64,000 nt of DNA from a virus: the IMG/VR virus record IMGVR_UViG_3300047323_000304, positions 129,898-193,897 of that record; one strand, 5' to 3'. The first letter of the stretch is position 1. Every line of letters begins with the position of its first letter. Positions 10,344 to 19,794 of the stretch are shown here, one piece after another. A model generated the notes under the pieces. The model had not been told where the DNA came from. It worked only from the letters and a program-made list of their open reading frames with translations, and searched no databases. The translations under genes and the position numbers were made by a program.

Positions 10344-10452
10344 TGGGTTTCAAATTATATAGTACTTTTCCACAGTAAGGGCAACTATTTTCAGTTTCAT
10401 CATAATACATATAAAAATATCTAATATCCTCCATTAATTTCCCTCCAATCAT
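10267..10452 (-). CDS. small zinc-ribbon protein
   Basis: CPYC...CSDC; GGAGG-like RBS. Confidence 0.6.
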   Translation of the reverse strand: MIGGKLMEDIRYFYMYYDETENSCPYCGKVLYNLKPSGESNDFYECSDCYKDFRVIRCEKD

Positions 10453-10631
10453 TAATTATCACTCATATGAATCATTCCAGAAATAGTCGCTATAGCTGAA
10501 TCTGCATCATATTCTACTTTAAAATCATCCTCACAACCCCAACAAGTAACATGTTTTTTAAAATGTTTATCATTAATATTTATCTCATGTTTTTTACCAC
10601 AATATGGACAACATACAAAAATTACACCCAT
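10452..10631 (-). CDS. small zinc-ribbon protein (59 aa, below the ORF-track cutoff)
   Basis: hand translation MGVIFVCCPYCGKKH...TCWGCEDDF; GGGGG RBS. Confidence 0.6.
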   Translation of the reverse strand: MGVIFVCCPYCGKKHEININDKHFKKHVTCWGCEDDFKVEYDADSAIATISGMIHMSDN

Positions 10632-10781
10632 ACTATTTCCCCCTAAAATTATATTTATTAATATTATACCATAATTTAGGAACTATATACATTTATTTAT
10701 TGATTTTTTGGATTTAAAAACCCAATAAAATTTCCCATTTAAGACATTATGCTATATTTTATTATTAGAGAACTAAGTATA

Positions 10782-11378
10782 TTAATTCTCTTTTGTTTTC
10801 TTTACATTATAAACAAATTCTAAATAATGCTTTCTACAATAGCCTTTAGCATAATATTTTCTATTACAATTTTCAGTTATGCAACTATTGGCTTTCATAT
10901 ATAAAGGATCGCTGTATATATGAAACTTTCTATAATGACTTTCACAATATCCATTAGAATATGATTTGTCATTACATTCATCTACTTGACAAACTTTCGG
11001 ATATTGTATCCTTTTTTCTACTTGCGTTACTTCTCCATATCTTTGTATTTGTGCATAATGTCTTTTACAATATCCCTTTGCTATAACCAAATCATTGCAA
11101 CCATCCACCTTACAAATAGAAATATCTTTTAAGCCTAATTTAAGATCCTTTTCTATTTTCAGTTTTCTTTGTGAAGTCCAATGAGACTTACATAAATTTT
11201 TAGCATAAGTAATTTTATCACAGCCATCTACTGAACATATTGTTTTTTCTCTTCCTAATTCTCTTTCTGGAGTCAATCTACCATGACGTATTATTTGGGT
11301 ATGGTGTTTACTTCAATATCCATCATTTGTATGCCTTTCTTTATTACAACCTTCAACTTTACATGTATCATTTGTCAT
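10782..11378 (-). pseudogene. C-x4-C..C-x2-H repeat protein with an in-frame TGA at codon 22
   Basis: ATG at 11378 with GAGGTGA RBS; frame continues through TGA (11313-11315) into the track ORF; repeats CxVxGC...GYCxxH. Confidence 0.65.
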
Positions 11379-11437
11379 TTATATCTCACCTCGCAATTAT
11401 ATTATTTGCTTAGTGTTTCAATTTTATACATACTATT

Positions 11438-11620
11438 TTATCCTAACTTTTTACCAATATAATAACCTATTACCAAAATTATAATACCCAATACAACCAA
11501 CTTAATCATCCTAATTATATAGTATGTCCAAAAATATATCTTAAACATAAATGATGATACTATTCCACATACTATTAATATTAAGAATAATAATAGTGAC
11601 CCCTTAATTATGTACTTCAA
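11438..11620 (-). CDS. small membrane protein
   Basis: two hydrophobic stretches; AGGAGG RBS. Confidence 0.65.
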   Translation of the reverse strand: MKYIIKGSLLLFLILIVCGIVSSFMFKIYFWTYYIIRMIKLVVLGIIILVIGYYIGKKLG

Positions 11621-12142
11621 TTGATTTCTCCTCCTTTTTATCTTTTCTTATAAGCTAATTTAAAGTCACTGGCATAATGTCCTTAAATTAACCCACAATG
11701 GGCATTAGCATTTGTTTATTATTAATTTTATCACATCTTTCTATGTATTAGTTATTGTTTTGCAATTCGTCCAATCTTTTTAACATATAATCAATCTCTT
11801 CTTGGGTTATAACTGTAGAAGAATAATTTTCTTCATTTGTTTGATCGTTATTTGAAAATATATCTTTAAATTTGTTTTTTATATTGGCTAAAAACATTTT
11901 TATATCACCTCCCTTCAATAACTCTTTAAATCCTCAATTTAAATTAAACTTATTCTCTTTATTTTATTATTTTTAATGCTTCTTGAATTTCTATATCAAT
12001 ATAATCCGATTGCGTATGTATTCCTGTTAGCTTATTTAATATAATTAGACTTACTGCAAATATTATTACTTTTATCATTAAATTCACCTCTTTATTTTAG
12101 TTTATTTATAATTAATTTTATATTGTTTCTAAGTTTATTTTT

Positions 12143-12174
12143 AAAGAGTAGACAAAATTATATGTCTACTCTTT
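12143..12174 (-). terminator. terminator after the peptide gene
   Basis: 12-bp arms AAAGAGTAGACA/TGTCTACTCTTT. Confidence 0.65.
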
Positions 12175-12192
12175 CTTTGTCTTATGTATTTA

Positions 12193-12285
12193 TTACCCTC
12201 TAGTTGATGTTCCAGCCATTGCTACAACACTTGATAAAATCATAGTTGCAGTAATGATGAACATAATTAATGTTGCTTTTTTCAT
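12193..12285 (-). CDS. secreted signalling pro-peptide (AimP/Phr-like), MKKATLIMFIITATMILSSVVAMAGTSTRG
   Basis: 30-aa ORF absent from the track; GAGGTGA RBS; basic N-terminus, hydrophobic core, A-M-A cleavage-like site, polar tail GTSTRG. Confidence 0.75.
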   Translation of the reverse strand: MKKATLIMFIITATMILSSVVAMAGTSTRG

Positions 12286-12290
12286 TCGTT

Positions 12291-12368
12291 TCACCTCTTT
12301 CATATATGTATTATTAATATAGAGTTTTTTAATTATATCTATATTAACTTATACATATATGAAAGTGA
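12291..12368 (-). promoter_or_regulatory. long hairpin abutting the peptide RBS
   Basis: perfect 15-bp arms at 12297-12311/12351-12365 plus inner 9-bp arms at 12314-12322/12339-12347. Confidence 0.55.
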
Positions 12369-12373
12369 TTTTA

Positions 12374-13015
12374 CTATATAGCTTGTATTATATTACTTTG
12401 TTTTAATAACAATACCTTATTATATAATAATTCATTGACCGTTTTTATTTCTTTTATCAACTCATTAAATTTTTTTTCATATTCAGTATTGTTATTATGT
12501 AAAATGTCCTCAAGTATCTCAAGGACTATGCTAAAATTTTCTTTTGCTAAATTTAGATCAAACTTTGCTACTAACTTATTTAAATATCCATTATCATTTT
12601 TATCTTCAATATTTTCATAAATATGATAGCAAAATTCATAACCTTCTATTATTTCTTTTCTCGTCAATTCTTTCTTATGACTTTCAATATAATTAATTAA
12701 TACCCTAGCATATAAACAAGCATTATCCCCTTCTTTATAGCCTATTTCATTATCCATATCATTCTTTAATATTGATGTATAAAATTTTACTTGGCTCATT
12801 TCGTATACTTCTAATCCGTTTTTTCGTCCTATTTCTATCTCTGCTACAATCAAATTATGAAGTATCAATCTTCTTTCTTCTATATAAGTTAACATATCAT
12901 ATTCACTAAAATACATTTTTTTCAATTTATCTCTTGCCACTTCCACACCTTTATTATCCCAGTCATCAAAAATTTCTCCCAATACTCTTTTTTTTATAGT
13001 TTTCTTTTTTACCAT
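12374..13015 (-). CDS. all-helical TPR-like protein, candidate RRNPP-type peptide receptor without HTH
   Basis: amphipathic helical repeats carrying Asn (ILHNLIVAE, VLINY, FDLNLAKEN); directly upstream of the pro-peptide; ATG start at 13015 preferred. Confidence 0.5.
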   Translation of the reverse strand: MVKKKTIKKRVLGEIFDDWDNKGVEVARDKLKKMYFSEYDMLTYIEERRLILHNLIVAEIEIGRKNGLEVYEMSQVKFYTSILKNDMDNEIGYKEGDNACLYARVLINYIESHKKELTRKEIIEGYEFCYHIYENIEDKNDNGYLNKLVAKFDLNLAKENFSIVLEILEDILHNNNTEYEKKFNELIKEIKTVNELLYNKVLLLKQSNIIQAI

Positions 13016-13042
13016 CCTAAATTCACCCACTTCATAATTTAT

Positions 13043-13816
13043 TTACATAGCTATTTTTTCCTCTTTCTTTTCATACATTTTATAGTAATCTCTATAATTT
13101 AATTTATTATCTTCACAAAACTTTTGTAGTGACCATAAAAACGCTTCTCTTTGTTCAAGTAGATTCTTTATTAAACTTTTATTTTTTGCTTTACTTAAAG
13201 CCTTTTCGTATGTGTATATATCATCTAGTATTTCCTCTATATTATCTTGCATATATTTTGGTAATCTCTCTAATGGAGTCTTTGGTTTTAATCTACCATT
13301 TTGTATTCTAATTGCTTGCTCAACTTGCTCCATTATATCCTCAGTCACAGTACCTATTTTATATTTAAATTGTGTTTTTTTATCTATTGGACATAACGTT
13401 TCTGCTAAAATAACTGATTTTTTCTTTAATCCACATTCTTCAAAATTATCTATTTCCACATGTATAGGTAACTTTGATTTACCTAATTGAGACGTAATTG
13501 CACATCCACTAATATTTGGACTATATCGGTTGTTTAATTCGTTCGAGGTAACTAAAAAAGGTCTAATTCCACCCTGAATAGAATGTCTTCCTGCTCCCAA
13601 ATCAACTTGCCATATTTCATATTGTTTTATTTCTAAAGGTCTATTTACACTTTCCTTATAATTTATTTCCATAGTAACTTGAACTTTATCATTTTCAAGT
13701 TTATTACTATGTACATTAATTGTCATCTTATCGTTATTTAATTTATTATCCACTTTAACCTCTTGTTCTTTTAACATTTGTAAAGCGTTCATACTTTTTT
13801 CATTTAAATCTAACAC
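13043..13816 (-). CDS. mazF: PemK/MazF-family endoribonuclease with N- and C-terminal extensions
   Basis: EIWQVDLG..SIQGGIRPFLV.SN..N.YSP..AITSQ..KLPIHVEI..SVIL.E..IDK aligns by eye to B. subtilis NdoA with catalytic R and T retained. Confidence 0.85.
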   Translation of the reverse strand: MLDLNEKSMNALQMLKEQEVKVDNKLNNDKMTINVHSNKLENDKVQVTMEINYKESVNRPLEIKQYEIWQVDLGAGRHSIQGGIRPFLVTSNELNNRYSPNISGCAITSQLGKSKLPIHVEIDNFEECGLKKKSVILAETLCPIDKKTQFKYKIGTVTEDIMEQVEQAIRIQNGRLKPKTPLERLPKYMQDNIEEILDDIYTYEKALSKAKNKSLIKNLLEQREAFLWSLQKFCEDNKLNYRDYYKMYEKKEEKIAM

Positions 13817-14073
13817 AGGTTTACCTCCTATAATTTAACTAGTTATTATTTTTATTTTGTTTCATCTGATAATCTAATATTACCATGTCATTCCATTGTT
13901 GTCAATAACTTTTTAAATTATTTCTTTCATTATTTTTAATTTATTTGTTTCTTCCAATGAGTTAATAATACTATATATGGATTTATAAGTCAATACTTTT
14001 TGTTAAATATTTTTAATTCTTTTTATTTTATTATACACAGACAAAAAAGAAAGGGTTAGATATATTCTAAACC

Positions 14074-15321
14074 CTAGTTATTATATAATGTTTCATCTAA
14101 TTCTACTATTGTATTATCTTGGGTAGGTGGACTTGCTTCTTTCAATATGACTCCATCTGAATCGACTTTCATACCATCGACTTCTTGTATTTCTTTATTT
14201 TCAAACTTTTCTTCCCCATTAATAAATTCTTGATATCCAATTGCTTCAATAATGTCTTCAACTACCTGTTTTGAAGCTGGATCTTTTAAAGGTTCTAATA
14301 ATCTTCTAGCATTATTTCGATATACAATTTTATCTTTAGTTAATGATTGATAAAATTCTACTAAAGCAATCGTAATTTGTGGAGTATGAACTCCTTTAAA
14401 ATTTAATTGCACCCATTGAATATCATCAATAGATAATTTTCTTTCTTTTCTCATATCAAGTAAATAATCCATATATCTAGATTTTAATAAATCTCCAATT
14501 GCAATTCTTGGTACTTCCGCACCTTCACAAGCAAGGTATATTCTTGTATCAATTGTATGTCTACTAATAAGTAAACTACTATCATTTTGATTTTTCTTAG
14601 GTTTCTTTAATACATATCCAAAATCTTCTTCGTCAGTATCTAAACTAAGTTTATATTTATCTATCTGTTTAATAAACCTATCATCCACATCTAATATTCT
14701 TGGAGCTTTACCACTTTCTACAATACTTACTTGTTTCTTTTCATAATTTATATCATCCCATTGTAAACTTCTCATTTCAATTAATTCTTTACCTATTATT
14801 CCGTATCTAGCTAATAATAAAGGTATTGTATGACTTAGCTGTGACGTTTGTTCTATTTTAACTAATAGATTATAAAACTCTCCTAGTCCCCAAACTTTAT
14901 TAATTAATACGTTAACCATACTTTTAGTTGTGCTTTTTCTATCCATAGCTTTCACAGAATTATGTTTTATTTGTTTATTACTGACTCCCCAGTTTTTATA
15001 TTGACTAATGAAATTTATTATTTGATCTTTCATTGCAGGAGAATATTTAAATTTAGTTGCAATAACTTCATCAACTTCTATATTACTAAAAAACATTGCT
15101 TCTTTTCCTAATTGTATTTCATGCTCATTAATATGATTATTATAACATGACCACATGCTTTTTACTGTTACTTCATTATCATACAATTCATTTAAGAATT
15201 TAAGTTTATTGCCTTTTGTTTTATCATAATCTTTTAAAAAGTTTTCATAATCATGTTTTGATTCAGTAGTGAGAATTTTTGAATTATCAAGTTCATCAAC
15301 AATAAAATATTTATTCTTCAT
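14074..15321 (-). CDS. catalytically degenerate tyrosine-recombinase-fold protein, SPbeta YopR/MrpR-like repressor candidate
   Basis: LLLARYGI.GKEL..LQWDDI box-I-like segment lacking the catalytic Arg; no HxxR; size and position after the DGQHR-type gene. Confidence 0.6.
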   Translation of the reverse strand: MKNKYFIVDELDNSKILTTESKHDYENFLKDYDKTKGNKLKFLNELYDNEVTVKSMWSCYNNHINEHEIQLGKEAMFFSNIEVDEVIATKFKYSPAMKDQIINFISQYKNWGVSNKQIKHNSVKAMDRKSTTKSMVNVLINKVWGLGEFYNLLVKIEQTSQLSHTIPLLLARYGIIGKELIEMRSLQWDDINYEKKQVSIVESGKAPRILDVDDRFIKQIDKYKLSLDTDEEDFGYVLKKPKKNQNDSSLLISRHTIDTRIYLACEGAEVPRIAIGDLLKSRYMDYLLDMRKERKLSIDDIQWVQLNFKGVHTPQITIALVEFYQSLTKDKIVYRNNARRLLEPLKDPASKQVVEDIIEAIGYQEFINGEEKFENKEIQEVDGMKVDSDGVILKEASPPTQDNTIVELDETLYNN

Positions 15322-16732
15322 TAGAAACCACTTCCTTTGCTATTTTTTCAAAGAAATTATACACATTCTTTACACTAACACCTTTATTAATTAATTTCAA
15401 TGGAATTAGTTCTTCTTCAGTTAATGATATTATTTTATTAGAAATTTTCATTAATACATCATCATAATTTTTTAGTTCATGTAGTATATTCGCAACTGCT
15501 AAATAGCCTATGAAAATGTTAATATCGGCTAAATGTGTTTTATTTATTAAATTATGCATTGTTCCATACTTCATTATAAATGATTCAAACAAATCATCAA
15601 TTACCATTGCCATTTTCCCAGCAGTCATTCGTCTGTTTAATCTGTTGTTAACTTGAATATTAGTACACATTTTTTCTATTGTTTCACTCAAAATAGCTGA
15701 ATAAGTTAAATGCCCTTGGTTAGCAAAATAAGATTCATAACTTTTTGATACCTTCTCTTTCAATGTTTCTGATTGTTCAATTAATGCTTCAATAAACATA
15801 TTGTAATCACTATTTTCCAATTGACTTAACCAATCTGCTGAAGTGTCTGTTCTTTTAAATATTTGATTTACAATATTCTTACTACCTTGTAAATCTCTTA
15901 TAGTTAATTTCAAAGGAAATCCTTTTTTATCAAGTGTTTTGCCCATTTTATAAGCTTCTTCATAAGCTAAAACTCCAGCTAAGGTTCTATGCATACCATC
16001 TAATGGATTTACTACAGTATAATTATTAGAAGTTCTATCATAGTTTGGCGTAACTTCTACATCACAAATAGTCTCAGTACCATATTTTAGTGTTTCTCTT
16101 ACTTGTAAAACATTTTTAGAATTCTCTTGATTTAAAACATTATATATTAACATATCTTCTTCATATGTTCCAGCAATAATAGATTTTGCTATTTCCATTT
16201 TAGCTTTATCATTTATTGAATAAGTTTCAAAGGTTATTTTTTTATCTCCAGTTCCAATAGTTTGATAAACTGGCTCTCTTTGTGCTTCAAAATTATAGAT
16301 TAATAATGTGTTACTATACCAATTATATATGTCAGATATTGGAGCGTAGCCCAAGTAATTATAATCATCAATTTTTATTGCATCTTTTATGAATATAGAA
16401 TTGACTTCTTTTATTTCTTTAACTGCACTATCATATCTAACTAATACGTCATCAGAGAACCATTTGTTAATATCTAATATCTCCATATCAGGAAGTCCAT
16501 CATGTGCTCCATCAACAAAAGCAATTTTTTCATATTCAGATAAGGTTTGCCATTGCTTTTCGCCACCAAATAACGAAGACATTAATCTTATGTTAAGATT
16601 CTTTTCTCTAAATTTCTTAGTAATTGCATCTGAGAGTTTTTTATTTTTATATTGTTCTTTTAATATTTCATTTATAACCTCGAATTGTTTTTCTTCAGGT
16701 ACTAAGTCTTTTATATTTTTAATTTCATTCAT
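15311..16732 (-). CDS. DGQHR/ParB-like domain protein, SPbeta YopQ-like
   Basis: NPLDGMHRTLA motif; 473 aa; overlaps the start of the YopR-like gene. Confidence 0.6.
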   Translation of the reverse strand: MNEIKNIKDLVPEEKQFEVINEILKEQYKNKKLSDAITKKFREKNLNIRLMSSLFGGEKQWQTLSEYEKIAFVDGAHDGLPDMEILDINKWFSDDVLVRYDSAVKEIKEVNSIFIKDAIKIDDYNYLGYAPISDIYNWYSNTLLIYNFEAQREPVYQTIGTGDKKITFETYSINDKAKMEIAKSIIAGTYEEDMLIYNVLNQENSKNVLQVRETLKYGTETICDVEVTPNYDRTSNNYTVVNPLDGMHRTLAGVLAYEEAYKMGKTLDKKGFPLKLTIRDLQGSKNIVNQIFKRTDTSADWLSQLENSDYNMFIEALIEQSETLKEKVSKSYESYFANQGHLTYSAILSETIEKMCTNIQVNNRLNRRMTAGKMAMVIDDLFESFIMKYGTMHNLINKTHLADINIFIGYLAVANILHELKNYDDVLMKISNKIISLTEEELIPLKLINKGVSVKNVYNFFEKIAKEVVSNEE

Positions 16733-16857
16733 AATTCTTCACCTCATAATTATATTATTAACTTAATTTATTAAATTATAACACAAAATAAAATTAAACG
16801 CAATAAAAAAGTAGGAAAATTTACCTCCTACTTAAAATATTTTTATTTATATATATT

Positions 16858-17118
16858 TTATTCACGATACAACACATTATAATCACCATTTGTATATAGG
16901 ACTTTAACTGTAATCATATTTTCTATGTAATAAATTTCTTTAATTTCAGACTCATTTAATTCGTTTAGTATTTCATCATAAGGAACATCTCTTCTTATAA
17001 ATCCTTTTGAATCAACAACTTTTAAACCTTCAATACTTTGTTTTAGAAAATTGTTTTCAAAATCACTCCTTGTTATTTCTTGTCCTATTTCTTTAAACTC
17101 ATGTTTTTGCATCTCCAT
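16858..17118 (-). CDS. hypothetical protein
   Basis: ORF with GGAG RBS. Confidence 0.6.
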   Translation of the reverse strand: MEMQKHEFKEIGQEITRSDFENNFLKQSIEGLKVVDSKGFIRRDVPYDEILNELNESEIKEIYYIENMITVKVLYTNGDYNVLYRE

Positions 17119-17264
17119 AATATTCTCTCCTCATTTTTTAATATTTGTAATAAATTAAAAATAATCAACTCATTACATTTTCAGTATATAATAAAATAAA
17201 AATAATATCAATCTATTTTTATATTTATTTTCCATAATTTTAATATGAATAATCATTCTTACCT

Positions 17265-17310
17265 ATCCCGTCTTAATCCGAATATCGGATATTTTAAACT
17301 AAAATCGGAT
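17265..17310. promoter_or_regulatory. putative operator between divergent genes
   Basis: palindrome ATCCG-AATAT-CGGAT at 17276-17290 with extra half-sites. Confidence 0.4.
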
Positions 17311-17369
17311 TCACTTTTTAAATATTGTGTCAAGATTATCCAATATAGTTTAAAATAGAGACAAAGGAG

Positions 17370-17588
17370 TTGAAAATTGCACAAATGGTTAAAATGAAAC
17401 TACACATGTTGCTTGCTGAACATGGCATCACACAAAAACAACTATCTACTGCTACAGGTATACGACAAGGAACTATAAGTTCATACGCATCAAATAATTT
17501 TAAGCATCTAGTAAGAAATCATATTAATATACTTTGTACATATTTTAACTGTGATGTTTCAGACTTAATACAATTTAAGAAAGATTAA
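17370..17588 (+). CDS. XRE/Cro-like HTH regulator
   Basis: LLAEHGITQKQLSTATGIRQGTISSY...LCTYFNCDVSDLI. Confidence 0.85.
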   Translation: MKIAQMVKMKLHMLLAEHGITQKQLSTATGIRQGTISSYASNNFKHLVRNHINILCTYFNCDVSDLIQFKKD

Positions 17589-17642
17589 AGATTGGATATT
17601 TAATAGTAATGTCTAGTCTTTTTTATTTTCCATATTTTAGTA

Positions 17643-17697
17643 CGAATGTTTGTTCTGCCTATAGTTATATTCTACTACCAAATGTTTGTTTGGTCAA
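17643..17697 (-). promoter_or_regulatory. sigma-A promoter with two SOS-box-like sites
   Basis: TTGACC-N17-TAGAAT on the minus strand; GAAC-AAAC-ATTC at 17644-17655 and AAAC-AAAC-ATTT at 17680-17691. Confidence 0.55.
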
Positions 17698-17896
17698 TAG
17701 CTTTTTATCGGTTTTAATGATATTTTTATATTAGCTATTGGTGTTTTAATTTTCATGTTTATATTGTTCAACTCTGATATTCATTATTATACATCTATTA
17801 TCACCTTATAAGAAACACAATGGGTAAAGATTTTCTTTATATTTTTTAAGTTTTCCATATTTTATGTGTTGATTTGACATCCACACGCTTGATATA

Positions 17897-18277
17897 ATGT
17901 ACATACGTGCATTTTTTGTCGAAAGAAGGGTGATAATTATAAACAAAAGAATATTAAAAGAACCAGAGCGTGGACAATATGAAATACTTTTTAAACATTT
18001 TAGAAATTTTAGACATATGACACAAGAAGAACTGGCTTTTTTAGTTAAAATTGCTCCTAGTTATCTTTCAATGTTTGAACAGAATAATACTACTAGAACT
18101 CGTTCTCCTAAATTGAATTTAATTAGAGATGTTGCTTTTGCCCTGAATGTTTGTCCAAATGATATAATATATTTTCCTTGCAAAACCTGTGAAATGAAGG
18201 ATAGTTGTGTAAGAAAAAAACAGGTCATTGATGATGACCATAACTTTGAAAATATTATTAATTACTACCTTGAATAA
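17897..18277 (+). CDS. XRE-family HTH regulator with a C-terminal Cys cluster
   Basis: RHMTQEELAFLV.IAPSYLSMFEQ..SPKLNLIRDVAFALNVCP; CKTC..C. Confidence 0.8.
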   Translation: MYIRAFFVERRVIIINKRILKEPERGQYEILFKHFRNFRHMTQEELAFLVKIAPSYLSMFEQNNTTRTRSPKLNLIRDVAFALNVCPNDIIYFPCKTCEMKDSCVRKKQVIDDDHNFENIINYYLE

Positions 18278-18574
18278 GTATTAAAAAAAGAAATGAATGA
18301 TTCTTAAAATTACAAAAATAAAGGATTATTCATTTCTTTTTTTAATACTTTAAAATATTCATTTGATTAGAATTATTATTTCTCGTACAAATCACTAATA
18401 TAAGCATTAACTAATCCTGTTCTATCTTCGTTCACCCTTATAATCGCTACATCTCCAAATCCCACTATATGTTCTACCTTGCCTTGAATCTCATTCCCTT
18501 TAAAATCCACACCTTGAACTAGGCTATCTTCTCGTATCATTAAAAACACCTCACATTAATATTATTTTAATATT

Positions 18575-18829
18575 TTAGCATATTTTAAATGATATTTCTC
18601 TAGTTTCTTTATTAGAACCACAGAATATAATATCAAACATGCTATCACATATGGTAGATAACAGTATTTTCTCATTCTTTTTATATGTCTTCTTGAATTT
18701 AAATAAGTCTTCTAAATGTTCTTGCAATTCATATCTATTAACTCCAACTATGTTTCCTTTGTCAACCTTAACATTAATTCCATTTTTCATTTTAATTATA
18801 TCTATCATTATTACATATCCTTCTTTCAC
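18575..18829 (-). CDS. hypothetical phage protein
   Basis: short ORF. Confidence 0.55.
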   Translation of the reverse strand: MKEGYVIMIDIIKMKNGINVKVDKGNIVGVNRYELQEHLEDLFKFKKTYKKNEKILLSTICDSMFDIIFCGSNKETREISFKIC

Positions 18830-19096
18830 ATAATTGTTTTTATTTTATTATTCTTATGTATTCTATTAGAATAAAAGAAGTTCATCTAAAAGTAACATTT
18901 TAAGCAAACACTACTCTCTATACTCTTTTAACAATCCTAATTTATAATTTAACTCATATAATTTTTCTTGTTTTAGGACTATTTCTTCTTCTAGTTCTAT
19001 GATATCTTCTTGAATATCATATATTTCTTCTTCAGTTTCATTAATCATATCTTCTTTACTCATTTTAATACCTCCTAACTTTATAAATCTAAGATT

Positions 19097-19348
19097 TTAA
19101 GAACCTTCTGTTTGAAATTCTTTTTTCCATTTTTTAAAACACTTTTGGCAAATTGTATCAGGTCTTTCATAAGCTACACATGATTCTTCAACTGAATTAA
19201 TAATATATCCATTATACTTATTATTACAAAGACTTATTGAATCCACAAAACAATGTAGCTTATTTGTTCTTATGTTTTTAGGTAATGCCCATTTTGGAGT
19301 TATTCGTTCCATTATAAATTTTTCATCCCATTCAGGAAAACCACTCAT
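19097..19348 (-). CDS. hypothetical Cys-containing phage protein
   Basis: KLHCF..SLC..CQKC. Confidence 0.65.
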   Translation of the reverse strand: MSGFPEWDEKFIMERITPKWALPKNIRTNKLHCFVDSISLCNNKYNGYIINSVEESCVAYERPDTICQKCFKKWKKEFQTEGS

Positions 19349-19413
19349 TATTCTCTCTTCCTTTCAATTAATAATTATTTTCAATAATACAGTAAAATCA
19401 GATTTTTAAACTA

Positions 19414-19761
19414 TTATTTAGCACTATGCATATTTAACAATTTAAGTAATTCATCATAGGTTAATGTATTAGCATATTTTATACATTCAACTGATTTTTT
19501 CACCGCTTCATCAGTTAATTTTATTAGAATCTTATTAATTCTTTCTTGGTCTATTATCATACCAGAACCTTCTTCATCATATATAAATATATTCCCTTTA
19601 TCCTCATCATACATAATAGTATTCTTTTTATATACACCACAATCTAATATATTTAATATTTCTTGTAAATTAAATTTAAAATCTTTTGAGCTTAATTTTT
19701 TCATCATTATTTTAGTATTTTCTGATATATCTTTATCAGTTCTATTTAATATTTTTAACAT
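19414..19761 (-). CDS. hypothetical phage protein
   Basis: operonic ORF. Confidence 0.65.
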   Translation of the reverse strand: MLKILNRTDKDISENTKIMMKKLSSKDFKFNLQEILNILDCGVYKKNTIMYDEDKGNIFIYDEEGSGMIIDQERINKILIKLTDEAVKKSVECIKYANTLTYDELLKLLNMHSAK

Positions 19762-19794
19762 TAATATTCCTCCTATCCTGTTAAAGTTCCTATT

